From Basidiobolus meristosporus CBS 931.73 (Eukaryota; Fungi; Basidiobolomycota), in assembly GCA_002104905.1 (NCBI GenBank), contig MCFE01000160.1, forward strand, positions 1 to 64,000: 64,000 nucleotides of DNA, in the 5' to 3' direction. The position numbers and the translations under genes were made by a program. Position 1 is the first letter of the stretch; each line of letters opens with the position of its first letter. The notes under the pieces are model-generated. The model searched no databases. It saw nothing but the letters and a program-made list of their open reading frames with translations, and had not been told where the DNA came from. Shown here piece after piece: positions 49,401-63,600 of this stretch.

Positions 49401-52400
49401 TGTTGTAAGAGTCTTGGAGATATTGGAAGTGAATGGGAGAACAAGTATATTATGTGGTTTTCACTTAATGATTTATTGAATGTAAAAGTAGTATTTATAC
49501 TTTTACCTGGTCTTGGCATAACAAACACGTAGAATAGGTTAAGGAAGGTCCCAAGAGCATGTGTGCAAAGTTTGGGGCTGTTTGGACAACTTTGAGAATT
49601 TTCATGTTCTGGGTACCTGTTATATTGGTGAAAATATTCTAAGTAAATCCCAACAAGGAATTTGGTCAGTATTCTCTAGAATTTGAAGGTAATGATCTAA
49701 GTGACTAAGTTAGATAAATATTTAGGTGCAAATACAAATAGTTACAACACTCCCACTCAGCTAAATGTTTATACTGGTCCTAATGTTGACCTAAGATATT
49801 CAAACTTGTCTCTAGCTAATGGTTTGGTAAATATGTCTGCAATCATTTCATCTGTAGGACATTAAACTAAGCTAGCTAAGTTATTCTCTATAGCTTCACA
49901 TATGAAATGATGTCTGATATCTATATGCCTGGTTCTAGCATGAAAAGTTGGATTTCAACCTAATTGTATACATCCTTGATTATCTTGAAATAAAGTAATA
50001 GGCGTTTTTTGATATAGGCCTAAATCTGTAAAAAGCTTTCCTAGCCGCATTGCTTCTTTTGTAGCTTCACAGGCTGCCATATATTCTGCCTCTGCGTTAG
50101 AAAGTGCTATGGTTGGTTGCTTTCTTGAACTCCACAAAATTGCTCCTTTACAGTAAAGAAAGGTGTATCCTGTGGTGGATCTTCTTTCTTCTAAAAATTT
50201 TGCCCAATCAGCATCAGAGTATCTCACAAGATCCTGTTCTGAATCCTTATAAGTGTATCTTAAGCAGATATCACCAGTTCCTTTTAGGTATCTAAAAATC
50301 CGCTTAACTGCTGCAATATGATCAGATCCATAGTTCTGATTATGTTGGCTGACAACTCCCACTGAATATGAGATATCTAGACGTGTTCTAAGCATGATAT
50401 ACATCAGACTGCTGACCATAGATTGATAAGGAAAGTCAGGGATTTCAGATGGCACCAAGCTCTCTTGATTTGGTTGAGTTTTGACCAAGTTAAGGTTTAT
50501 CTCCATTGGGGTAGCTGTTGGTTTACAGTCTTCCATTTGGTACTTCTTTAGTATATCTTGAATATACTTGAATTGACTTAGGGTGATAGCCTGGGTAACT
50601 CTGTCTATGGAGAACTTAATCCCTAAGTAATAACTAAGTTCTCTTAGATTGGACATTATGAACTCTTTAGATAGGCTAAATTTAGTCTCTTCCAATGTTT
50701 CTAGGTTATTGGCTGCTATAATAAGATCATCCACATATAGAGCTAATAGAACTGGATTTGCTCTATCTGGCTTATAGTATATACTATAGTCAGCATTGCT
50801 CCTTTTGAAACTCAGAGATTCCAAATAAGAATATATCTTGCAATTCCAGGCTCTTGGTAATTGTTTGAGACCATATAGTGACTTTTAAGCTTGCAAACCA
50901 AATGGGGGTTATCTTGGTCAGCAAACCCATCAGGCTGGTCCATATACACGTCCTTGTCAAGTTCTTCATTCAAAAATGCAGCTTTTACATCATTTGATGA
51001 ATAAAAAACTTATATTTGGCTGCAATAGCCAATATTAATCTGAAGGAATTAAACTTGTCTACCAGTGCAAAGGTCTCAGTATAGTCAAGTCCTTTTGTTT
51101 GAGAGTATCCTTTGGCTACAAGTCTTGCTTTGTATCTTTCAATTATACCATCAGCTTGCATTTTGTCTTGTAGACCCATCTGCATCCAATTAATTTTTGG
51201 TTGATTGGTAATTTGACTAAGTCCCAAGTTTGATTTTCCATCAGTGCCTGATATTACTCAGTCATTGCAGATCTCCAAAACTTTGTCTGAGGGCTATTTA
51301 GGGCCTCTTTTCAGTCTGGGGTTCATCAATATGGACTGAATAGGCATAGCCTAAGTTTGTACCCTCATTGATATAGTAATTTGGGCTATTTCTTGTCTGA
51401 CTAGATCTCCAGGCATTTGATACTGGAATGATCACTTCTGGGATATTCATGGGCACTGATTTTGGCTGAACCACAGTTATAGAGTCCTCTGGAGTGAAAA
51501 GAGTTTCATTGTTTTGCTCTGATTCAATCCTGACAATTGGTGAACTTAAGATCAAATTTTCATCATCATCTGATGTCATTATTTGTGAAAAGTTTGGGTT
51601 TTTATCAAACAACACATCCCTGGACTTGATCAGCTTCTTTGCTTTGGTATTGTAGAGACTGTATGCCTTACTCTCATTGCAATTGCCCAAAAATATGCAT
51701 TTTACACTTTTTGGCTCAAATTTTGACTGATTTCCAGGCCGTTTTTTGGCATATGCTGTATACCCAAATATTCTTAGATGCTCTAAACTTGGTATGTATT
51801 CATACCATGCTTCAAATGGAGTAGAATCACAAAGTATTCTGTTATAACTCCTATTTTTGAGGTATATATCAGTGGTAACTGATTCCACCCAAAAATTAAA
51901 AGATAATCTTTGATCATGGATCATAGATTTTGCCATATCAATTATTGATCTGTTAGCACATTCTGCTACTCCATTTTGCTGTGGGGAGTATGGTACAGTA
52001 GTCTCTTGCTTTATCCCATGAATTTTGCAGAAGTGGATGAAGAGTTTTGAGGTACATTCTCCACCATTGTCGGAGCATATTTTCTTGATTTTTCACCAGT
52101 TTCTCACTCCACCATGGCTTTAAGCTCCCTGAACTTAGGCAGAGCTTATTCCTTTCTCTCCATGGAGTAGATCCATGTGTATCTTGTATAATCATCAATA
52201 AAAGTGATTAAATACTTCATCCCACCTAAGGATAAATTTTGCATAGGTCCACACAGACCTGAGTGAATTTGATTAACCCAGAGCTCTTGAACAGCTGTCT
52301 GGCTTGTTTCCCATATATGGAGGCTTCACAGTGGTCCAAATCAGCTGGGGGATCAATTTTTACGCCAGAAAGTAGCTGATCTTTGATCATTTTACGCAAA

Positions 52401-55400
52401 TACTCAAAATTGATATATCCAAATCTCCTGTGCCAAAGCATTGGTGTCTCTTCATTTAAGTTACTTATATTGGATTCCAAATATGATGGAATATAAGTCA
52501 ACTTAGATAGATTCTGATCTCTGATACCCAAAGCAATATGGGCACCATTTTGATCAGTGATCTTGCATCCAGAATTGTCAAAGCTGAAACTGAGTCCTTC
52601 TGCAGTGGCCTTGCCTACAGATAGTAGGTTCTTGGCTATTTCTGGTACATAGAGTACTTCTTTAAAGGTCAGTGTATGGCTTCCTTCACTGCTTCTAAGG
52701 TTTACTTGGATAGTTCTTCTCCCACTGCATTAACTGTCCTATTGTCACCCATGAAAACCTTCTTAATTGGAATTTCTTGATATTGGGTAAAAAGTTCTTT
52801 TGGTGTGTAAAGTGTTGAGATGCTCCAGAGTCAATATACCAAGTCTGAGAATCCTTGCTTGTGGTCAAATTTAGTGCAGATATGAATAATCTCTCTTCAG
52901 TTGTTGCTGTTGTAAAAATTTGTATTTCCACCTAAATATTCACCTAACTTAGTCACTTAAATCATTACCTTCAAATCCAAGAGAATACTGACCAAAGTCC
53001 TTGTTGGGATTTACTTGGAATATTTTCACCAAAATAACAGGTACCCAGAACATGAAAATTACCAAAGTTGTCCAAGCAGCCCCAAACTTTGCACACATGT
53101 TCTTGGGACCTTCCTTAACCTATTCTATGTGTTTGTTATGCCAAGACCATGTAAAAGTATAAATACTACTTTTACATTCAATAAATCATTAAGTGAAAAC
53201 CACATAATCTACTTGTTCTCCCAATCACTTCCAATATCTCCAAGACTCTTACCACAGGTTATGAGCCCCAAGCTGTCACTCTCTGCAATGTCTACTACTG
53301 CTATTACTGGAATTTTTCCCTCTGCTGAAAAGCTGGATGGATCTAACTACCAAGTGTGGAAGGTGAAGATGAAGATGCTGCTACAAGAAAGAGGCCTTTG
53401 GGATATTGTCATGGGAGAAGAATGCCCTCCTAAAAACGTGGGAGAGGAAGCCTTAAAGTACCAGAAGAAAGAACAAAGTGCCTTTAACTGCATTTGCCTT
53501 AATGTCAAGGACAAATTGCTAACTCAATGCTCAAGAGCAAAAACGGCAGAGTATGCCTGGAAAGAATTAGAAGACACCTACCAGTCATGTTCAGCTGCCA
53601 AGACAATGTATCTGAGACAAAAATCCTTTACTACAAAGATGCTGCCAGGAGAAGAAATGAAAAATCTAATTAATATAATTACCCTGCTGGTAGATGAGAT
53701 GGAATCTGTGGGCGTACCAACTACTGATGCTGATATGATAGTTACCATCCTGAATAGCCTGACGGACAAGTTTTAGGGCCTTGTATGAACCCTAGAGTCC
53801 AGAACTGAAGATTTGACCTTAAGTTACGTATATGGAAGGCTCCTGGATGAAGAATTAAGAAAAACAAGCGCCAATAAGAAGGAAGAAGAAAATGCTTTAA
53901 TAAGCAGTAATAACCAACAAACAAGGTACCCAAGACCCTAAAAAGGCAACAGCAACCTGCTCTGTAACTACTGCAAAAGGAAAGGACACACATCAGACCG
54001 GTGTCTCAAAAAGAAAGATAATCAGCAAAAGAAGCCTGAATATGGAAATACTGAAACAACTGAAGATAGACTACTCATATCTGCACTAAATATGACCACA
54101 AACAAGGATTCTCAGACGTGGTATATTGACTGTGGAGCTTCTCAACACTTTACACACCAAAAAGAACTTTTTACCCAATATCAAGATATTCCAATTAAGA
54201 AGGTTTTCATGGGTGACAATAGAACACTTGATGCAGTGGGAGAAGGAACTATCCAAGTAAATCTAAGAATCAGTGAAGGAAGTCATACACTGACTGTTAA
54301 AGAAGTACCCTATGTACCAGAAATAGCCAAGAACCTACTCTCTGTAAGTAAGGCCACAGCAGAAGGACTCAGTTTCAGTTTTGACAATTCTGGATGCAGG
54401 ATCACTGATCAAAATGGTGCCCATATTGCTTTGGGCATCAGAGTTCAGAATATATACAAGTTGACTTACATTCCATCATATTTGGAGGCCAATATGAGTA
54501 ACTTAAATGAAGAAACACCAATGCTTTGGCACAGGAGATTTGGACACATCAATTTTGATTATTTGCGTAAAAAGATCAAAGATCAGCTAATTTCTGGAGT
54601 GAAAATTGATTCCCCAGCTATTTTTGAGCACTGTGAAGCCTGCATATATGGGGAAATGGCCAGACAACCGTTCAAGAGCTCTGGGCTAATCCAAACTAAG
54701 AAAAAATTAGATCTAATTCACTCAGATCTGTGTGGACCTATGCAAAATTTATCCTTAGGCTGGAGGAAGTATTTAATCACTTTATTGATGATTATACAAG
54801 ATTCACATAGATCTACTTCATGGAGGGAAAGGAAGAAGCTCTGTCTAAGTTCAGGGAGCTTAAAGCCATGGTGGAGAGAGAAACTGGTGAAAAAATCAAG
54901 AAAATATGCTCTGACAATGGTGGAGAATATACGTTAAAACTCTTGATCCACTTCTGCAAAATTCATGGGATAAAGCAAGAGACTACTGTACCATACTCCC
55001 CACAGCAAAATGGAGTAGCAGAACAAGCTAACAGATCAATAAATGATATGGCAAGATCTATGATCTATGACCAAAAATTATCCTATGATTTTTAGGCAGA
55101 ATCAGTTGCCACTGCTGTATGTCTTAAAAATAGGAATTATAACAGAAAACTTCGTGATTCTACTCCATTTGAAGCATGGTATGGATACAGACCAAGTGCA
55201 GAACATCTAAGAATATTTGGGTGTACAGCATATGCCAAAAAACTGACCGGAAATAAGTCAAAATTTGAGCCAAAAAGTGTAAAATGCATATTTTTGGGCT
55301 AATGCAATGAGAGTAAGGCATACAGACTCTATATTACCAAAGCAAAGCAGCTTATCCAGTCCAGCAATGTGTTGTTTGATGAAAATTCAAAATTTTCACA

Positions 55401-58319
55401 AAAAATGACATCAGATGATGACAAAAATTTGATCTCAAGTCCACCAATTGTCAGGATTGAATCAGAGCAAAGCAATGAAAATTTTTTCACTCCAGAGGAC
55501 TCCACAACCATGGTTCAGCCAGAATCAGTGCCCAGGAGTATCCCACAAGTGATCATTCCAGTATCAAATGCCCGGAGATCCAATCGGACAAGAAATAGTC
55601 CAAATTACTATATCAATGAGGGTACAAACTTAGCCTATGCCTATTCAGTCCATGTTGATGAACCCCAGATTGTAAAAGAGGCCCTAAATAGCCCTCAGAC
55701 AAAGTTTTGGAGATCTGCAATGACTGAGGAATATCAGGCCTTGATGGAAAATCAATCTTGGGACTTAGTCAAATTACCAATCAACCAAAAATCAATTGGA
55801 TGCAGATGGGTCTTCAAGACATAATACAAGCTGATGGTACAATTGAAAGATACAAAGCAAGACTTGTAGCCAAAGGATAATCTCAAACAAAAGGACTTGA
55901 CTATACTGAGACCTTTGCACTGGTAGATAAGTTTAATTCCTTCAGATTAATATTGGCTATTGCAGCCAAATATAAGTTTTTTATTCATCAAGTGGATGTA
56001 AAAACTGCATTTTGGAATGAAGAACTTGACAAGGACATGTATATGGACCAGCCTGATGGGTTTGCTGACCAAGATAACCCCCATTTGGTCTGCAAGCTTA
56101 AAAGTCACTATATGGTCTCAAACAATCACCCAGAGCCTGGAATTGCAAGATAGATTCTTATTTGGAATCTTTGAGTTTCAAAAGGAGCAATGCTGACTAT
56201 AGTATATACTATAAGCCAGATAGAGCAAATCCAGTTCTATTAGCTCTATATGTGGATGATCTTATTATAGCAGCTAATTACCTAGAAACATTGGAAGAGA
56301 CTAAATTTAGCCTATCTAAAGAGTTCATAATGTCCAATCTAGGAGAGCTCAGTTACTACTTAGGGATTAAGTTCTCCATAGACAAAAGTACCCAGGCTAT
56401 CACTCTAAGCCAATCCAAGTATATTCAAGATATACTAAAGAAGTACCAAATGGAAGACTGTAAACTAGTAGCTACCCCAATGGAGACAAACCTTAACTTG
56501 GTCAAAACTCAACCAAATCAAGAGAGCTTGGTGCCATCTGAAATCCCTGACTTTCCTTATCTATCTATGGTCAGCAGTCTGATGTATATCATGCTTGGAA
56601 CATGTCCAGCTATCTCATATTCAGTGGGAGTTGTCAGCCAACATAATCAGAACTATGGATCTGATCATATTGCAGCAGTTAAGCGGATTTTTAGATACCT
56701 GAAAGGAGCTGCTGATATCTGCTTAAGTTACACTTATAATTATTCAGAGCAGGATCTTGTGGGATACTCTGATGCTGATTGGGGACAAAATTTGGAAGAC
56801 AGAAGATCCACCACAGGATACACCTATCTTTACTGTAAAGGAGCAATTTCATGGACTTCAAGAAAGCAACCAACTGTAGCACTTTCCACCACAGAGGCAG
56901 AGTATATAGCAGCCTGAAAAGCTACAAAAGAAGCAATGTGGTTAAGAAAGCTGTTTACAGATTTAGGCCTATGTAAAAAACGCCTATTACTTTATTTCAA
57001 GATAATCAAGGATGTATACAATTAGGTAGATATCCAACTTTTCATGCTAAAGCCAAGCACATAGATATTAGACATCATTTCATATGTGAAGCTATAGAGA
57101 ATAACTTAGTTAGCTTAGTTTACTGTCCTACAGATGAAATGATTGCAGACATATTTACCAAACCATTAGCTAGAGACAAGTTTGAATATCTTAGGTCAAA
57201 ATTAGGACTAGTCAGTATGTACATTTAGCTGAGTGGGTGTGTTGCAAAAATTTGTATTTCCACCTAAATATTCACCAAACTTAGTCACTTAGATCATTAC
57301 CTTCCAATCCAAGAGAATACTGACCAAATTCCTTGTTGGGATATACTTAGAATATTTTCACCAAAATACCAGGTACGCAGAACATGAAAATTCTCAAAGT
57401 TATCCAAACAGCCCCAAACTTTGCACACATGTTCTTGGGACCTTCCTTATCCTATTCTACGTGTTTGTAATGCCAAGACCAGGTAAAAGTATAATTACTA
57501 CTTTTACATTTAATAAATCATTAAGTGAAAACCACATAATATACTTGTTCTCCCAATCACTTCCAATATCTCCAAGACTCTTACAACAGTTGCCACATTT
57601 CCATATTCAGGCTTCTTTTGCTGGTTGACTTTCTTTTTGAGACACCAGTCTGATGTGTGTCCTTTCCTTTTGCAGTAGTTACAGAACAGGTTGCTGTTGC
57701 CTTTGTAGGGCCATTTTTGCCCTTGAGCATTGAATTAGCAATTTGTCATTAATATTAAGGCAAATGCAGATAAAGGCACTTTGTTCTTTCTTCTGGTACT
57801 TTAAGGCTTCCTCTCCCATGCTTTTAGGAGGGCATTCTTCTCCCATGACAATATCCAAAAGGCCTCTTTCTTGTAGCAGCATCTTCATCTTCACCTTCCA
57901 CACTTGGTAGTTAGATCCATCCAACTTTTCAGCAGAGGGTAAAATTCCAGTAATAGCAGTAGTAGACATTGCAGAGGGTGACAGCTTGGGATCATAGCCT
58001 GTTGTAAGAGTCTTGGAGATATCAGAAGTGATTGGGGGAACAAATAGATTATGTGGTTTTCACTTAATGATTTATTGAATGTAAAAGTAGTATTTGTACT
58101 TTTATATGGTCTTGGCAGAATAGGTTAAGGAAGGTCTCAAGAACTTGTGTGCAAAGTTTGAGGCTGTTTTGACAACTTTGAGAGTTTTCATTTTCTGGGT
58201 AAATATTCTAAGTAAATCCTGACAAGGAATTTTGGTCAGTATTCTCTAGGATTTGAAGGTGATGATCTAGGTGACTAAGTTGGGTGGATATTTAGGTTGA
58301 AATACAAATTTTTAAAACA
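49401..58319 (-). mobile_element. Copia element 4 (minus strand): 3' LTR 49401-49749, 5' LTR 58000-58319, interrupted by element 5
   Basis: PPT at 49750; RT ORF 49955-50824 (YVDDLII); IN ORF 51298-51936; gag 57679-57969. Near-TSD CCATT/CAATT, supported by the empty-site paralog near 39901. Confidence 0.9.
52908..57588 (+). mobile_element. Copia element 5, full length (4681 bp), LTRs 52908-53256 and 57240-57588
   Basis: Perfect TSD GTTGC (52903-52907 and 57589-57593); PBS, PPT and all domains in Copia order; several stop codons. Confidence 0.95.
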
Positions 58320-59579
58320 CAATTGCCCTGTAAGGCTGCATCCCATCATCCATGGCAGCAACAGAAAACCACCTTATTGTGGATATGAATGACTTGGAGC
58401 TAGCTTGCAATACTTGGTTCAGAAGCTCCAAAAGACTTCCATACCCCAGAGTGTTCAGCAGTAGGTTCCATATTGGGAATATTTTGGATACCTTCCTGGT
58501 CAGGATTCACAGCCACTCTATAGGACAGAGGCACTTTTATTCTGGCAAATACAATGCACACTGCGTGAAGTTTCTTGAACTGTGTGACATTGAGGGTAAC
58601 ATCCCCTGAGATGAAAACTAAGAAAAGGCCAGTAAAATATCATCAAGATATCAGCTATATTCCCAGTTTTAAAATACTTACAACTCTCAATATCCCTGTT
58701 TTTAGCTGATGGGCAGGGCACCTTTCATTTCAGTGAGAGTAGGGCATTCACTTAGAGATCTAAAAAGATTAAGCATATTGGCAGGTAAATACACAGGAAA
58801 GTCATAGATAGGTGAAAACAGCCAAATAGGTAAAATAGTTAATATACTTATTAATGTACAACATATTTGTACAGGAAGACATTTACGGAGAGAAATGTGT
58901 CTGGAGAGTTATGAAGATTAAGTAAAGTGCAATACACACTGTTGTGAGCAACATAAGTAAGATTGAGCAAACATACCATTAGCTGTATCCCACCACTGGC
59001 ATAACAGTTGATATTAGAGTGCCAGATAGTGCTTCAGAGTATCCAATCAATCCAGCCCTATACACAGGCTGGCACTATAGGGCACCTTCCAATGCAGCAA
59101 GTCTACTTTGTCAGCATACAAGTGCTGGCCAAGAATCTGTTTGATTGCTTGAATCAAGGATAATGTTTATGAAGCAGGTAAAATGCATTATGCTTGGCCA
59201 TGAGTCTCTAATGGTCAGATGTTGTGCTAGCATCAAGATGATCCCAAGCTAGACTTCTAACAGCCTCTTAATTATTAGGCTACTTCTCATCATTGCAGTC
59301 AACTGATCTTCAGTTTCTTTTGATTTTTGGGCTTGGATAAAAACAACACAGACTCTGCCTCCCATGCTGTGATAGGCTTCTCTGTGGGCTTTACCTCTGG
59401 GCACTGTTGTTATACTTCAAAGACTGTAATGTGCCCCTCTGCAGTTACGCTGGGTAATAGCTCAGCTCTTGGCTGTGACATTGAGCTACCTGAGGGTCCT
59501 TTTTTGCCACAAAGATACTGAGTTCTCCACCTGGGGCATTAATTACTCTACCCTTATTATGTTCATTGTATCAGAGCAC

Positions 59580-59860
59580 GTATGCTGATCTACATAAGAG
59601 ATACCCCAGCTACCAGCAAGATAGCTGGCATTTCTGAGCACAATTGAGGGTAATGCTGTTGATTGTATGAGATCCAGGGGACTAAATTCATATCCCACAC
59701 TCATTATTATTATCCAAACACCAATACTAATAATCTCATCTTCCTACAAAGGGAACATACTGAGGTCAGCAGGCAATTGCAGCAAAGTTGGCAAGCTTTA
59801 GGTCATTGGTTAGAATATATAATTAATTAGACACCAGAGATGCTTAAGATAGTGTGTGTA
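59580..59860 (+). pseudogene. Second CACTA-type transposase fragment
   Basis: Homologous to 42595-42870 (GATACCCCAGC..CAGCAAAGTTGGCAAGC). Confidence 0.7.
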
Positions 59861-59884
59861 TGTTGTAGTGTTATGATCTGCTGC

Positions 59885-60686
59885 TGTGGTGGGGTAAACA
59901 TACTTCCCACAGACAAGTTAATTCATATAGCTTTTATGATGCACTTATCCATATTTTATCTTATCAGTATTACCCTGTTCCTAATTTGCCAATATAATTG
60001 GTATTATCCCTATATGATGTTTACCCTGATTAGTTATTAGCTTTAGTTATCCCAGATGTTATTCAGCTTTGTGATCAGTATATGTATCTACAATAGGCTA
60101 GTTCCTGCATCAGTATCCTTGAGACATGGCCCCAGTCAGTGTTACCATCCCTACCATTTCAATACCATATATGGTATCTCTATGTTGCATGGGCTTCAAA
60201 TGCTGATCCCTGATTGGTTGCATGTGCTGTGCCTTTTAATACCTTCCAGGACCTTCTTGGAGTATTTTTAGCTCATGGTGAGGCCATCAAGTATTCCACT
60301 GATGCCTGGAATTCTTTAGGACCTTGTTGTTAATAATCCCATGGCAATCAGGAAAAGTATTTGAAGGAAGTCAATCCCTCATCAACAGATCATCCCTGCT
60401 ATCAGTAACAATTCTCCCTTAATTATTAGAAGTTGATCACTGCACCTGCCTTCAACAGTTACAGCTCAGACCTGCCATCAAGGAGCTTTTCAGAGTAGTG
60501 CACAAGACACACAGAGGCCTTTCAGACACTAGGAGCACCTAGTAAGCTAGAGAAGCAGGAGCTTTAACTATAGCAATATATTGACAAAGATATCAGCTGC
60601 TAAACACAGAGGCTATTGCACCCATCAGACACCTCACACACCTTGGGTTGTGTAGCTTCTCCTAAGAGTACCTCTACACTACCACA
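59885..60686 (+). mobile_element. Solo LTR, LTR-B family
   Basis: TGTGGTGGGGTAAACATAC...CTCTACACTACCACA; colinear with 48479-49283. Confidence 0.75.
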
Positions 60687-60695
60687 CTCCTTGAA

Positions 60696-63600
60696 TGTTA
60701 GGAATAGATATTTTAAGTAGGATTTTATTGGGTGATGATGTTGCAATCAAATGAGTCATCAGCCACAACTTACATTGGGAAATACAATTTGTCAGCAACT
60801 GATCCTGCAAAATGTATATTAGAAGCTGCTGGAACCTGAATTAAATCAGTTCAAGTTTAAGTGTATACAATACTAGCTAAGCTCCCTATTCCTCTATGAC
60901 TCTTATACCAAGACTTGGCACATTGGTAGCAGTAACAATCAGAAACCTCCCTCAAGATGTCAGAAAATTAGGAGTGGAACAATGCTATGCAGCAAATCCT
61001 GGCCCAGCAGAAATAAGGAATGACTATTATGGCCCAAAGCCAGCAAAACCCTGTCAAGAGCAACTTTGGTGCAAAGGTCAACCAGTACCATGGTAGAGTT
61101 AATGAAAACCTGAGGACTTGGTTCTTCCAGATTGAAGTAGCTCTTAAGGCTAAAAAAAATGCTCCAGAAAGTAAGTTACATTATGCAGCCACTTACCTGG
61201 CAGATGCAGCTTTACAGTGGTGCCACAACAAGATCAGGTTAGCCACAATGATGGAATGCTCTACAATTGCTAACAGTAGGGACATATTGCAAAGCACTGC
61301 CCTCAGAGAAGAAATCAACACCAGCCATCAAGAACCTTCAGCCCTATCAAAGCCATTGAGCATGGTAACATGGAGGAGGGGCTGGAAAGAGACTCAGAAC
61401 TCACCTTTCAAATGACAGAAGAATACCTATCCCAGATGACCTCAAACTCTGGAAAGCCATTATACTTGAGTGGAGTAATCAATGGAGTACCTGCCAAGAG
61501 CATGATTGACTCAGGAGCATTGTATGAGTACATCTCAGAGCAATTTGCTTTGAAAGCTGGAATCAACTTGGAACCCATCAAATCAACCATAGTCTCAACA
61601 GCTGATAAAAACTTAGCCAGTAAGGATGAAGATCAATGACTATAAAGAAGACCTTTAGGCCTATTTTTTGGGATCAGCAAGCTTGACCTTGTACCTCGAA
61701 AAACCTGGCTATTTTGTTGTTGTCCATCAATCCATTGGAGAACCTATGCTACTCAGATCCAGAAGTACAACAAGACATATGAGCTATTACCTGCCAGACT
61801 GAATTTCAGCTTGCTCAATTCCAATTTGTGTGAAATACATGAACTTGGCAAGGCACAGCTCTGAAGAGCACTTAGAAAAGATACCTAGATGTTCCTCATG
61901 GTGGTATTATAAGAGGATTCCTCTACTCCAGCACCCCAGGTGGTGCAGACTCTTTTGAAGGAATATATAGATGTATTTCCAGATGAATTTGTAAGCCTAC
62001 CACTAGTCAGAGATGTGGATTATGCCATTGACACAAGAGATAGCCCTACAGTAAGTAAGATACTCTGCAGAAGGAGTCCATTGGAGTTGGAAGAGATAAA
62101 TAGATCAGTTATTGGAGCAAGAGTGTATCAGACCTAGCATGTCACCTAGGGGAGCACCAGCACTTTTTGGGAAAAAGAAGGATAGAACACTTTGACTGCG
62201 CATTGAATGCCAAGCCCCCATCTCAGTTACCACAAAGTTTAAGTACCCCATACCTTGGATTGAGGCACTGTTGGACTTACATTGTAAAGGTCTTGAACAA
62301 ACTGAAAGAGAACAAGCCATACAGCAAGCTAGCAAAGTGTGAATTCTTGAAGGAACATGTTGATTACCTGGTGTTGTATCCAAGAGAAAGTGTAATAAAA
62401 CTCTTGAATGGTTTAACTGAACCAAAGGGACAATCAAGTGCAGAATCTTAGAATTATCAGAGAGTGGTGGAAATATTAGCAGAAAGATTCTGATCTAATA
62501 TTGGTCTTGGATATAGCTGGGTTGGCTATAAAGACAATGATATTTGTTTGCTAGGCAGGCTAGGCTTGGTGTTCTTTGGAGTGCTAGATATACTAGGCTT
62601 GAATAAAAACTAGAACGGAATTGTTGGATTCTTATTTTTGCTGAGACAGAATCTAAATTTTGTTGAAACACACACCAAACCAAAAGGTTCAGTAAACTTT
62701 ATTTATACTTTTCTGATCTAGTTGAATTAGTAAGTGCCAAGGGACTGGATTGATTGAAATCAATTTGGGTGTTCATAGGTGCATAAGACAAATGACAATT
62801 ACATCATCAATCAACTGATGTCTTGGCAACTGCACAGTGGTTGGATAGATCTCAGATGACTAATCACCTGGGAAGGCTTGGGAGATAGGTTGATAATGTA
62901 ATGACCATTTGAAAATAGATCAGGTGTGATAGCTAAAAATAGATTCTGAGGTGGGATAAAATAAACTGTAACTGGGATTTGTTATGTTTGGGTTAGGGAA
63001 AATCAGTTAGGGTACTAGATTTTCAAACGGAGTAAAATTGGCTAAGTTTTAAATGTTGATGCACAACACCTGGGACACATAGTGACTAGCACTGGAGTGA
63101 ACTTGAACCCCAAGAAGGCTGAATTCAAAAAGAATCTGAAGCAGCACCATAGCACTTTAGAACTTGGATCATTCCTTTGAACATCCACCCATTGTGTGGG
63201 ATCTGTCAAGTTGTTTGCATTTATTGCTGCCCCTTAAATGGATATTCTCAAAAAAGACAACACCTTCAAGTGGGATATAGCCTTTGAGACCGACTGTCAG
63301 ATGCTTAAGCATGAACTTGCTGAGCTGCCAAGCTCAAGAATCCCACACTTCAGAAAAGAGTTAACTCTGTGCACAGATGCTTCAGACTATGCAATTGGCA
63401 AAGTACTGACCCAAGAACATGAGGGAAAGGACTACCCAGTTGCTTTTGAGTTCAAGAAACTGAATACAGCAGAACACAACTATCCAGTGCATGGGAAGGA
63501 GATGCTTGCCATAATACACTGCTTGAAGACCTGGAGATGCTATGTTGAAGGAGTCAAGGGGACGGTAAAGGCTGATCATGCCTCACTCAAGCATATATTT

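Noticed and set aside
28409-58319. Recurring ~349-bp repeats as a CRISPR-like or satellite array
   Set aside because: They are LTRs with TG..CA ends, PBS/PPT and TSDs.
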